Shown here in pieces: positions 12,492 through 25,183 of a stretch of 64,000 nucleotides of DNA (position 1 is its first letter; each line of letters starts with the position of its first letter). The translations under genes were made by a program, and so were the position numbers. Source of the stretch: Camelus dromedarius (lineage: Eukaryota); assembly GCF_036321535.1 (NCBI RefSeq), contig NC_087436.1, positions 117,182,001-117,246,000 on the forward strand. Reading direction: 5' to 3'. Under the pieces are notes generated by a model. It ran no database searches and had not been told where the DNA came from. It saw only the letters and a program-made list of their open reading frames with translations.

Positions 12492-13169
12492 AAAGTATCT
12501 ATTTTCTCTGAGCTTTTGATCTAGAATTCTCTGTCCTTCCTTTAAGCCCGGGAAGAAAAGAGCACTTGATTTTTATAAAAATATAAGACACGTATTCATT
12601 CACATTACAGTGATTTTGAGCCCCAAACAGACCCAACAACATTCTAACCCGATGAGAATCTTCTTCATTCTCCAGTGACTTAGAAATCACATCTTTTCTC
12701 TTTGAAAAGAAGAATCTCATTTTGGGCACAACTCAGATGTCTTCTGTAGCCAGAGAAAATGCTCTGGTGGGTGGGGAGCAGCCACATGATGAATTTCCTT
12801 TGATGGGAAATAGGAAAAAAGAAAATTAGAGACTGTCATCGCTGCATTCTTCCTGCCACTTCAGAGGTCCTCACCGGGTGATGTCCAGACTCCTTCAAAT
12901 GACATTCTGAGCGCTTGAGTTTTCTCTTTCAGATAATTCAGGCTTTCAAGTGGGGCGTCCTGTCAGCTTCCTGTGTTGGCTATAATTCACCTCTCCAACA
13001 ATGGGAAGAAGAATTCTGTTCTGTGTGGGAAGGGCTCTGCCTTTTGTCGAGTATTAGAACTCATGTCTGAAAAATTGCTATTAATAAGATTTGTTTAGGG
13101 ACGACTCACAGCTGGAATCAGAGTGCAGCCTTGCGGGGATCCTTGGAGTGTGACCCCTGCCCCAACCAA

Positions 13170-13265
13170 TTCCTGCTGAATCTGAAATTCTGGGGTATAG
13201 CTTAGCAATCTGTGTCTTAACAAGCCCTCCTGGGGAATCTGATGCCTCGTCAACTTTGAGAACTC
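13170..13265. mobile_element. MER5-like hAT DNA transposon fragment
   Basis: ctgaatctgaaattctgggg..aatctgtgtcttaacaagccctcc..ctgatgc..actttgagaact. A second copy lies at about 24290-24445. Confidence 0.7.
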
Positions 13266-15964
13266 CCCTCCCAGGAGAGTGGTTCAGAGCTAGGACCTTG
13301 GGACCAATGCCTGCATTAGGAACCTGGCTGTTAGGTCTGTGGCTTTGGGCAGGTTACTTAACCTCTTGTGTGTCTTTGTTAGCACAATGGGTATAAATGT
13401 GCACAGCTCACTGAGTTGTTGTGCAAATTAGATGCAGCGTTACATGTAGAGTCTTTAGGACTCCGTCCCTAAATATCAGCTCTGTTATCTTCACTCCATG
13501 CAAGGCATGTACTGGACACCTCGTGTGCATAACCTCTTTCCTGTGAGCCACTAGAGTTAGCTGTTCCCGCCTAGGTCTTCCCCAAACCACCCTCCTCACT
13601 TGGAGACTCGCTTTGCTTTGTTTCCGAGCCAAGTGGCCATCCTCCTGCTGGTCTTTCCCAGGAACTGCAGTCAGAGGCTTCTTTGTATCATCAGAGATTC
13701 CACGGTGGGTCTGCAGCACTGAGATGCTCCCTAATTGTGGAAGGAATGCACAAACCTCCCTTGACCTCGGAATGATAACGAATACCCCAGTTCATGAATT
13801 GTCTAATGCTTCTTTCTCCTGAGAACCCAAATGGACCCCCCAGCTCATCTGCTGTGATGTGAGCGAGCGGGCAAGAGTCAGGCCACCGAGCCTCGTGCTG
13901 TGACTTTGGGTGGTCCCCTCTCCTGACCTCGAGCTCCACGTCACTAAAAGGAGGGGCCTGCACGGAAGTCGCTCTAAGGCTCCTGTCTGCTCGAGCTGCT
14001 GCGTGATGGCTCATGTCGTGTGGTGACGCATGCCCCTGGGCTGGGGGCACTTCAGCCCCTGGCCCGCTCAGCTGGTATCTCAGCCTGCAAGCAAGGAAGG
14101 TTGAAGGGATACGAAGATAAATTTAATAGGTCTTGAAGCCGTGTCATCTGGAATTTTAAAGACAGTCTTTGAAGCTTGCCTGAACTTTGCTGTCCTGTCT
14201 TCAAGACAGCTTCAGGCGAAAGCAATTAGCCCAGCTGACCTCTGAGTAGGTGGCCTGGTGTGGGTGTTGGAAAGAGAATCTCCTGAGCCCTAAGGAGGGA
14301 AGCTGGGCGGCTCTGGAGGTGGCTTGGCCCTGAGGCTCCTGCCCTGTGACTCACGTGGCCCTGGCAGCCAGGCTGGTATGCCCTGGAGGGAAAACTAGTT
14401 GGCAGGACAATTCGGCAAAAGTCAGGCAGAGAGCAGGGTCATGCATCATCAGACTCTGGCTCCAAGCTCCAAAAGCTGACATTTGCTGGGGGCTGGTTCC
14501 ACGTGGTAACTCGGAATCCACACAACCCTCTAGGAATTAGGTACCTTCGATATCATCCCCATCTCACAGATGAGAACGCTGAGGCACAGAGAGACTTACG
14601 GATGCGCTCAAGGTCACACACAGGTAGCAAGCCGCAGAGCTGGGGTTGGAATGCACGGTGCTGGAATCCCCACCTTGGCCTTTCTTGGGCAGAACCCAGC
14701 TCAATAGAAGTGCTTGTAACAAAGTGCTCCCCGCCCACGGCCAGCTCTTACCACCTGGTTGGTCTGGTTATAACACGTTCTCATCAACAAATGCTTCTGA
14801 ACAGCAAAGGTGCACCCTCATCACGTCCAGGAGTCTGGCCATTTGTTGTCATCCTCATCTCACGGGGCTGTTGGAAAGACAAGAAGATGCACCTGAGACG
14901 CCTTGTGACCTACACACTGCTGCGCAGACGTGCAGAGGGGTTGCGTCCCCTGCGGCCTCCGGGACTCTTTGTGCAATGGCTTTTCCTCCCTGGGGTCAGT
15001 GACATCACTAGACCCATTTCTCAGATGAGGAGGAGGGCAAGTCTCAGAGATCTTTGGTGCCTGGCTCTGGGCTGTGCAGCTGCCAAGGAGGACTGAACCC
15101 TCAGCCCCCGGCCAGTAGGCCCGGCCCCCTCCACTGCCCCACGTGCGGCCTCTCTCTCAGAAATAGGCCCTGAGCCATCTCATGCAAGCCCCACACCACC
15201 CTGGGACAGGGGAGACCTTCAGGCAAGAACTGAGGAGGCTCCAAGATGGGCAGCTCTGTCCCATCCCAATCTTTGATTTGCCTGACTGTCCTGTGCAAGT
15301 CACTCAGTGCCTCTGAACTCCAGTTCCCCCATTTGGAGATGGGGGTGGGGATGACCCTTCACCCCACAGCGGAGGAGGAGATGCGAGGCTGGAGTAGGAC
15401 GACTAGAGTTTGCACAGTGCTGACCTGGTGCCAAGCAGTGGGCTTCAGCCACATCCTCTCACTTAAATCCTGCCTCCACCTGGGAGGTAGGTTCTGTCAT
15501 CACCCCATTTTACAGGTTAGAAAACAGAGACCCAGAGGGGAAACTTTGCTCATGGCTCTCTGGCCAGTGATCTTGGACATGATCTTGGACCTGGGTAGGC
15601 ATTACGAATGCATTATTATATGTGAGACTCCTAGCACAGCGCTCGGTCCTTCCTCTCCTCTCCGTGAGGACAGGCGTAGCCAAGTCACCTGTCATCTTTG
15701 AGTTTGTGCCCTTCACCCAGGAGACTGGGAGAAGATGCTGTTGAGTAAGTGGGGGAAAGCTCTGCCGCCCTTTCCTGAGGAGTCGTCCTATTTCGGGAAC
15801 GGTTCTAAGCTCTCCTCTGGCATTGTCAGGGAGCCGCTGCCTAGGACTCAGGGCTCAAATTTTGGGGCACCTGGGTGCTTTGCCAGATCCAGCCTGTGGT
15901 CAGGCGCCCTCTAGTGTCTGTAGCCAGCAGGAGCCCAAGCCCCCATTTGGACTTTGTCCGTTAG

Positions 15965-16250
15965 TGATGCATTCATTCATTGAACAAACATTTATCAAGC
16001 ACCTACTATGTGCCTGGCACTCTTCTAGGCTCTATCCAGCAGTGAACAAAACAGACAGATCCCTGCCCTCATGAACCTTGCATTTTAGTGGAGGACACAG
16101 ATCAGAGACAAATAAATATTTGAAGTCAGGCGGTAATGAATGCTGTGAAGCAGAACAAAGCAGGAAGGAGGGGTCGGATGGTGAGGGAGGTTATTTTAGA
16201 GAGGTTTTAGGCAGGCTGGGGGAGGCCTCTAGGGCTGAGATGCGAATGAA
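15965..16250 (-). mobile_element. LINE-2 3' end
   Basis: cattcattcattgaacaaacatttatcaagcacctactatgtgcctggcac. Other L2 pieces at about 22870-23820 and 39460-39820. Confidence 0.8.
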
Positions 16251-19200
16251 GCATGGGAGTGGCAGAGGCGGATTGCTGTGGAGAGTCCTAGCCCTACCCC
16301 AGAGATGCCTCTGCGGCAGCCCTCACCCAGCCTAGTTTCTTCCCCCTCCCACTGGTCCTGTCCATCTCCCTCCACATCTCCATCTCATGCAGCCCCTCTC
16401 TTCCTCCCTGCCAACTGCCCCTGAATTCTCCTTGCCTCTCCTCTGGACCACTGCATATGACCTGCATCTGTTATCTTTACCTCCTATGTCCATATCATTC
16501 TGACCAACTCATTTTGCTCAAATCAACCAATATTTATGGAGCAGCCACAACTCACCAGACCTCACAGAGAGGAGCCAGGCCAGGTCCCTGCCTGCAAGGA
16601 GCTCTCTGTGTGAGGGGCAGCTGGAAGGGACCACAGGCAGTGGCGGCTTGTGTAGTGTAGAAAGCCCAGGGGTGGAGGGACCCCGTGAGCAGCCCTAAGG
16701 CAGCAGGGGACAGCCAGGGACAGCCAGGGAAGCCTTTCTGGAGAGGATGGTGTCCACCTTGAGGGCTAGGGGACAATTAGGTAGCCAGGTGGGAGGAAAA
16801 GGAGACACCATTCCAAGTAAAGCAAACGGCCAGGGCAAAAATAATAATTGAGAGGGAGCTCGGCACAGCTGAAGACAGAGTGGCTCAACTAGACCACCAG
16901 GGAGGCAACGACGATGAGATGAGGAGAGGACAGGGCAACCGGGGCCCCACCCCCCACCGCGTCTGTCATTTCAGTCACATCTGCCCAATCCTCTTCCTCG
17001 GGCAGTGCCCTCAGAGGGAGTGGGGAAGCAGCGGGGAAGATGCTCCTGCGTGGGAGTCAGAAAGTCATAGCTTTCCTGCCCCTGCTCCTCTCTAGCTGTG
17101 TAATGTGGACAAGTTACTGCGATTCTCTGGGTCTCAGTTTCTGTATCTGTAAAACGGACACACTCACACACACTCCATGGGGTTAATGTAATCACTGAAC
17201 GAGCTACTACATGTAAAAGTGCTTATCACTGAATTTTATCAAGAGTGGCCATCTGGTAAAGCAGTGGATCCTGTGTCCACCAAATGAAGCCCAGGTTCCT
17301 CAGTCTGGCATCCAAGCCCCCTGCATTTGTGTCCAGTCTCCCATCCTAATCCATCTAACCTCTAGCCACCACTCCGCTGCCTGTATTTCTGAGTACCCTC
17401 CGCTCCCCCACATCCCATAATCCTCCTGCCGTCCCCTCGTCCTCTGTCACTTACTCTGCCTCTACCTCTCTCAAGCCACATCCCTCAGCCTTCAAGAAAG
17501 ATCCTCAAATAACTCTAAACTCCAGAAAAGGAGCATAAATTTAGCATCCCTCCTGAAAATAGAAAGAAGCTGAACATCACTTGAGCTTGGCCTGATGCTC
17601 CCGACAAAGGCTCTCGCTCGCTCTGTTGAGTTCTCATAATAGCCGCTTCCTGGGTCTCCGGTCTGCGAGGGTAACGTTGGGATGTGCCCTTTCTTCCCGC
17701 TCCCTCTGACTTCACCCCGCCTGTGTGCCCACTGGGGCTGCACCCCTCTCCTTAGGATTCACCTTTCTCTTTCCTGCGCTGCCTGGAGTGGGTAGATGTT
17801 GTTGGCTGGCTGAGGAAGCACTTCGTCGGGAGGCTAAGCACCTCTTTCATTGGCTTAATTGGATGGAAGGCGCTATCTTGGGCAAGTGAAGGCAAAGCTT
17901 GTTTTCTTCCAGGCAGAAGAGCCTGTTTTGTGTTTTCAGTGCGGTTGAATGGAGTCTGAGAGAGCTGGGAAGATGCAGGGCCCCGGGGAGATGCAGACTT
18001 GGACACTGTGCTTCCATAATTACATGAGGCCGATGTTGCTTCTGGCGGATTTCAAGTCTCAGCGTTTAGAACAATAAGCCTCCTCTCACATGTTAACTTG
18101 ACCTCTGAGCTTCCCCAACAGTACCCCCTAATAGCAGCTCCTTTCTGTGCTGAAACACTGAAGGGAGACTGTCTCCCAGTGAGCCTGGGTCCTTGCCCAG
18201 GAGGGCTTGGTGTTGAGAACGACAATTTGACAAACATCATCTCCTTCATCCCGCACACACAAACCCAGCAGTCAGACCTGGGGTGTGACTCAGCCCCTCC
18301 CCGAGAGCCAGAGCCTTCGGGCTTCTCAGGCCCAGACCAGCTCCGTTTGCGTGGCTGAATCACAGCAAATGGTGCTGAGCATACAGACCGGGGATTCGTC
18401 ACTAGAATCCCCAGGGAGTGCACTTAATTCCAGAAAAGTGCCCCAAACAAAAATTGTTCAAGTCTCAACTGTATATTTGATTTAAAACAAATTTTAAATT
18501 ATTTTAGTCAAAACAATACATGCAAATAGTCAAAAACATTCAGTCCTACTAAGAGGCTCATAGGGGATATAATGAGGAACAGTGATCCATTCCTCCACCC
18601 TCTCCAGCCTCTTGTGACTCTTCTAGTTGTTATTTGATAATTCCCCCATATTTTAAAATAATTTGAGCCTGTTCCTTATAACCAAACTATCTCCATATAG
18701 CTACGTATAAAGTATCCGCTGTAACACTACTTGTAGATTCACTCCCTTTGGACATTCTCATTGATGTCCTGTTGTAATAGTTGAGGTCTAAGCACCCTTA
18801 CACCACTGTCCCTCCCCTCCTCTTTCTCTACCTTACCCATACAGTTACAGCACAATTTCTTATAATTCACTGTCTGGCAGTTGTATTATTATGATTATGT
18901 ACCCTGATTACTTTCCTTTCTCGTACAACTGTTTGTTTCTCCTGGAGTTAATAATTCCTTTGTTGTTACTTTTCACTTGCTTAATTTTCTATGTACCTAC
19001 AGTTGATTTTTTTCCCCAAATACTCCAACGTTAAACACTTGGCAACAAATCTGCAAAATACTGAAATAAATCACTGGCCAGGAGTGACCTCCCTCTTCCT
19101 GGCCCGGCTGGACCCCAGCATGTGTAGCAGACACAAAGAGAACACGTGCCCAATGCCATGTTAAAGGGCAGTAATAGAGACACGTGCGGTGGAGCATGGA

Positions 19201-22200
19201 CGAGGGGTGTCAGGGCAGGACCCACAGGGAGGGGACATCTGAGCTGGTTTTAAAGGAAGAGCTAATAGTTTTCCAGGCAAGCCACAGGAAGTCAGAGGTC
19301 TTCCAGGCAGAGGGAACAACACATGCAAAGGCTCAGAGGTGTCAGAGAGGAGTTCTCCGAGAGCCTGGAACCACTGCAGATGGGAAGGAGCTGAGGCTGC
19401 ACAGGTGGCCACATGGAGCATCTTGAGCGCCAAGCTGAAGAGTGTGAGATTTATTCTGGTGATTTCTTTCCATGACAAAACGTGGACTCTCCTTCTCAGA
19501 CTCCTGGACACAGACCATGAGGGTGCCACCGGGGGGGTCTTCACCTGCTCAGCCAGAGTTTTCTCTCGGCTCCCCCACCCCACGCTCACTCATGCACCTG
19601 CTCACCCAAACCACACACAGCCCGGAAGGAGGGACGCCCACGTGCTGAGGGGCTGGGGACAAGAAGCAGCGCCAGAAAATGGTCCTCTGTTTGAAATCTC
19701 TGCCCTCTCTTTGGCTTTAGTCGCCTCCTGACATCTGAGGTGTTTCAAAGATAAAGAAAAGGTGAGGTTCTGAAAAAGCCCTTTCTTCATGAAAAACGAT
19801 GATACTGATGATGACTCTTCCCGTGAGAGCACGGCAGGTGCCTGGTGGCTGGGACACGCCCCACCCTCCACAGCTGTCTGAAAGGGGGCACATCAGAGGC
19901 GAGAATGCTGAGGATGGAGATTTGTCAGGAAAAGCTAAACGCAGCCCAGAGCTCCATGCCGATGGTCCCTCCTCCAGCACTCACACCCGCTGCTCTGGTC
20001 CTGCTGCTGCTGTCCTCACACCTGCCCTGTCCTTGAGGAAATGTCCACAGACTGAATGAATGACAATGTGACTGAAATGAGATGTTAGCATCGCTTTGAA
20101 AATCCAGCCCCATAGCCTGCGTGTGCAGGGAATGCAGGGCACTCAGAGGCGGAGGGGATGGGAGCGTGCACCTGGGTGCAGCCTAGCGTCGTATAGACGA
20201 CCAGGCAGCACCCGAGAGGGACGGGTACCGTGCTCGTTCGTCAGTGGGTTCAGCAAAGATCTACCAGGGGTGTCCATGTGCAGGGGAGGGGCACCGGGTA
20301 GCTGACAGAGACCCCAAGGGGGAGAGGGCATCCAAGGAGGAAGGGCAGTGGCTGATGACATTAGATGGGGGCTCCTGAGAGAGGTTTGCTGGTCTTCAGC
20401 TCCTCGACTTCCCACTCGGGTCTTGAGAGGTGAGTTTCATACCCTCAACCCAGACACAAAGTCACAGGTCTGGGGGCACAGACCCACTCAGTCTTCAGTG
20501 AAGACGGGCCACTCACGTTGGCTCAGCGCCACAGCAAAGGGAAAAAAGAAGCAACGTCTCTTTGCTCCCAGTCGTGTACCAGGCCCATACTAGGATATCA
20601 CCTCTGTTAGCCTCACGGCAGCCCTGCAAAATAAATGTTAATTACTCTTCTCATGTGATTCCAGAGAATAAGCAATTTGCTCAAGGCCCTGAGCTAAGTA
20701 AGTCGAAGGATCAGAATTTGAACTTGGGTCCAACTCCAAAGCTGAATGAGGCTGTGAAAGGCCCAAGGTTGTGATCCAGGGTTCAGAACTCCTTGGTAAC
20801 CAGACCGGTCCCTAGTCTCTGGAAATCAAGACTCCCATATCCCCAAAATTGAGGTCATCAATAGGAAAGTCCAGTTCATATGGGCATCCTTGTGCTTGTG
20901 TGAGCCTTAGAACAAACCACATTTCCTTGCCTGCCTGCCTGCCTTCCCTCCTTTCTTTTTTTTCCCTTCCTTTCATGGACTCCATTGGAGGCCACTGGTC
21001 TGATCACAGATGACCCACAGTGAGGATTTGCTGAAGGAGGTGGCAGGCGAAGCCATGGTCTGAGCAATGAGCCCTGGGAACCGGCATGGTTCAGCTGGAA
21101 CACAGAAGGCTGGTAAAGGGATTAAAGATGGGCTTCAAGTCCAGGGAGCATCATCTAGGAGAGAATGCTGGTTACCTAACCCCCTCGGGAGAGAGAAGGG
21201 CGATCTCTGTAAAGGCCTAGTCAGGGAAGCTGGACCGCACAGCGGCGGAGAGCACAGAGCCGGGTGCCCTGCTGCCGGCTGGCGGTGCTGCTCTTGCCAT
21301 TCAGCAGATTCATGACTCTGAATGCGTTACTCTGCTTCTTGGTGCCTCAGTTTTCTCAATTGTCAAATGGGAATGAAGACTGGAGTGTTGTGAAGGTGAA
21401 ATGGAGTTTCTCTGTAAGACAGATTCACACGTGCTCAGCGCCAGCCCATCCCTGTAGGTTGGCCAGAGGAGGGACCCTGCAGGTCAACAACCTTAAAAAA
21501 CTGCGTGGATTTCTCTCCCTAAAATGAGGGAGGTACAAAGTTGATTTCATAGAAATTATGTTGCGGCAGGACTTTCAACCTGTCTCCCCACCTCGCCAGC
21601 CTCGGTTTCCTTGTCTGTGAAACGGGACTAATAGCTTCTGACTCTACTTTCCCACAAGATCGCTTGAGACAGAGGACATCCGAACCCTTTGAAAAGCAGA
21701 GACAAGTTGTAGGAAAGGGGGGAGAAGCTGGAGTTTCTTGAAAGGGGACCCTTTGGGCAGGTGACTTCACTTACGTCTAGAACTTGCGACAACTTTCTGA
21801 GAGGTTAGTGTTATGCCTTTGAAGGGTAATTTCAGGATTATTCGTAAGACAGGAAAGCGTGAGGGGAATCATACAGCCATGCTCTTGAGGTCTCTGTTGT
21901 TAATGAAATAACAACCAGACCATGAGTTTGTACCAGAAGCAGCACTTGTGGAACAACACACGTGGGGCCATGACCTGAGCATCTCAGCATCTGGACTCAC
22001 CCTGTAGGGTAGGTGATGATGACTCCTGCATGATCTGCGGTGGAGACAGTGACAGGCCGAGCCGGCGTAAGGTGGTGCGGACACACGCTCCCCACCCCGG
22101 GGCTCTGTGAGCTGTGGCCTGCCGGGCCCCTCTCCGGAGGTGCTTGTGAGGACGCCGAGGCCAAGAGTTCCATGGACATTCGTTGACCAGCGCTGTTTCC

Positions 22201-22481
22201 CTTGGGAGACCCAGCTTGTGACAAGGAACCAGCGAGGAGCATTCATCCCTTTCCTTCACAAAGCACCCTGGGGAAGGCGACTGTTTCTCCCTCCCTGAAC
22301 GGCCGCCGCGCGCGCCTACATCTCGCCTGGGTGGAGTCCTCACGACGGTTTGGTGCAAAGACGAGCCATTGGAGCTGAGCTCGAGTGATCTCTGGTGAGC
22401 TCCGTACAGAACTTTCTATGGAGGAGCAGGACTGGTCCAGCCCAATATAATCTGCATACAAATTCGCTATTCAGCCGCCAG

Positions 22482-22495
22482 CCGCCAGGGGGCAG
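22482..22495 (+). promoter_or_regulatory. Candidate CTCF core site in a CpG-retaining intronic patch
   Basis: CCGCCAGGGGGCAG matches the CTCF core CCGCNNGGNGGCAG. Motif match only. Confidence 0.5.
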
Positions 22496-23822
22496 GCGGC
22501 AGGTGTTGCTTTGCTCTGAGAACCGCACGGTATCGGGAATAATGTCACAAAAAGAGCCCCGTGCTTGCATTGGAAGAGCCAGGCTCCGGGTCAGCTGTGC
22601 CCCGCGTCCCACGTGAGCTTGCCTGAGCCACCGGACCTTTCTGGGTCTCAGTTTTCCCTTCTGTAGACTGAAAACTGTAATAACGCCTTATCGGGGAATA
22701 TGATTTATGCTACTTTAACCCTTTAATGGGGTACCACAGGGAAGTCTCAGCACTAAGCCACACGTAGTCCTTTAAAAGCAGGGCTGTGTGCTATTTCAGG
22801 GGTCTCTGTCTCCAGCAGCAGCATCAGTTACCTGTGCCCTTCATGTGACCCAACACAAACTCAGTCAAGAGGCATTTGTGAAACACCTGTCATGCCAGGC
22901 AGGGGGCAGAAACATAAAAGAACATGGCCAGGGGTGGCCCCGAGAAACTCAGTCTAGTCGGAGAGACAAACTCATAAAGAATACATGCTACACAGTTTCC
23001 AAGTGCTTTAATGGAATTCTGTGCCAGGAAAAGATGCCATGCATGGGGGCAGTGCTAAAACTGGGAGGGTTCATCTATGTGTAGATAAGGGCGGGCACTC
23101 CTGGGGGGGAAGCAGCACCTGCTTGAGGTGCTGCAAAGGCACAGCATGATGAAATCAGCTTGCTGGATTCAGAGAGGGACCTCGGGTGGGCAGGACCAGA
23201 GCAGAGGAGCAGAGGGTTGGTGTCTAGCCAGCAGCAAGGCTGGAATCCCGGAAGGGTTCTCATAAGACAGGGCTTTGTATCCTGAGGGCAGTGGGGAGCC
23301 GCTGACTGGTTTAGGCAGAGAAGTAAGTAACTCAGAACATCAAATTCACCTTCTAGAAGGATCACCCTGAGGCTGTGAGGGGAATACAAAGGAATGCAGG
23401 AGCATCTCGGGACAATTAAGATGCTGTTCTGAGAATCCAGGCAGAACGCTGTGAGAACCTCCCGTAAGGCAAGTGCTAGCAAGGAGGAAGAGAAGGAGAC
23501 TCACAAGGTGGATTCAGAAACAGAGCCAACAGGACTCCAGCAGGGGAGGCAGCAAATCAGACGGTAGTGGGAAGGCTGTGAGTTAAACAGGGACATGGAG
23601 GTGACATTGAGTTTCTGCATTAGGTATCTGGATAGGTGGTGATGTCCCCAGCTGTGATCAAGGGACAGGCATGGGCGAGCTGGGAGGTGAGGGACACTGT
23701 GTGGAGATTGTGGAACCCAAGGGTTATCAGTGGAGCTGCCTACTAGGCAACTGGAAGTGGGAGTTAGGAGCCCCAATGAGAGGTGTGAACTGGACGTGGA
23801 GATTTAAAGTCATGGCCCATAA

Positions 23823-24250
23823 ATGTGTCTTAGGTTGGGTTCCTAGGGAAGAGACCCTGAGATGGAGATTTGTGAGCAGGAAGTTGACTGGGGAGTGATC
23901 TCAGATCAGCACCTGCCAGGGAGTAAAGAAGTGGGACTCAGCAGGAGAGGGTGGGCAGCCCTCAGTCACAGTGGAGGTCCCAGCCCACAGGGAGCTCTGG
24001 ACCTGGGAGAGCCTGTCAGAGTCGTACCATTTTCAGGTACAGGAGGGGAGGGGAGGCCTTTGTGCACCCATATCAGCCAGCCATTGGGTGCAGCTTGCTC
24101 CAAAGGAGGGGTGAGTAGCCTTGGTGGAGGAAGCATCCTTCAAGGCCATGTCTCGGGGGGAGGACGAGGACCCAGCTGCAGTCCCATAGCCAACAACACT
24201 CCCGGCAGTTGGACGATGAGCCCCTCAGTTCCGGGCCGTGCACCACTGTC
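23823..24250. mobile_element. Ancient ERVL-type LTR (LTR16-like)
   Basis: tgtcttaggttgggttcctagggaagagaccctgagatggagatttgtgagcaggaagttgactggggag. A similar element lies at about 47717-48115. Confidence 0.6.
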
Positions 24251-24634
24251 TGCTGCAGGTGGAGGGGAGGCCCTAGGTGCTCAACTGGTTGCCACCTGGA
24301 GCCACCTGCACAGCTTGAACAACCCAGCTCCCACACCCGCAGGCCAATTAACCCCAAATCTGCAAGTGTGGGAGACCATGGGCATCCGTCATTTTCAAAA
24401 CCCCCCAAGTGATTCCAATGTGCAGCCAAGTTTAAGAACCACTGCCTTGGGGGAAGAGATGGAGATGAACAGAAAGTAGGGCTCAGATCCCTGGGGAGGT
24501 TCTCAAAGAAACTGGAGGAGAACCAGGAGAGATGTGTCCTGAAAGACAAGGGGCAGGTGATTCCAGAAAGAAATTGTCACCTGCAGCAAGAACCTATGTG
24601 GCCCCATGCCTGGAGGAGAAGGTGACCCAGCTGC

Positions 24635-25183
24635 TGTAAAATGCACCTGGGATGTGGCTTTAATCAGGCATGGCAAGGTGACAGGCACAGACACTGCCTT
24701 TGAAAGAAGAGTTTATTATTCACGGTTCCCAAGGGGAGGGGGCATGCCACCCCATGCAGGACCACACGAGGAGGCACTAGGGTCCATCAGGAGGTGGGAG
24801 GAGAGGGGGCAGAGTATGGTCCAGAGCCTTTATCGTGGCTTCTGTGGGAAGGAATGGGTGAGGCGGGGAGGCAAGCTTGAGCAAGCTCAGAATGGTGTAG
24901 TTGGAATAATTTCAGGTGGTCCCAGGGCTACAGGAGCTGTCTCTAGTGGTCCGGTGCCTGGGTGATTTAGGCAGGGGAATATTGGCTTGGTGTGTGAGGT
25001 TAGACAGAGGAAGTGGCTGGTGTGGGCTCTGGGTTGGTTGGTTTGTGTGTTAAAGGTATGCTCCCAGGCAAGTTGTTTGCTAGGAATTTGCTGGCCTGGG
25101 AGGGACAGTCTCTCCAGGATCAGTAAGTCCTCAAGACAGCAAATCATCATAAGACACAGGAAGCAAAAATCCTAGTTAATACA
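24635..25183. mobile_element. Ancient ERVL-type LTR (MER76-like)
   Basis: TG...CA-bounded block with reverse poly(A) signal (gagtttatt). Family name is tentative. Confidence 0.5.
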
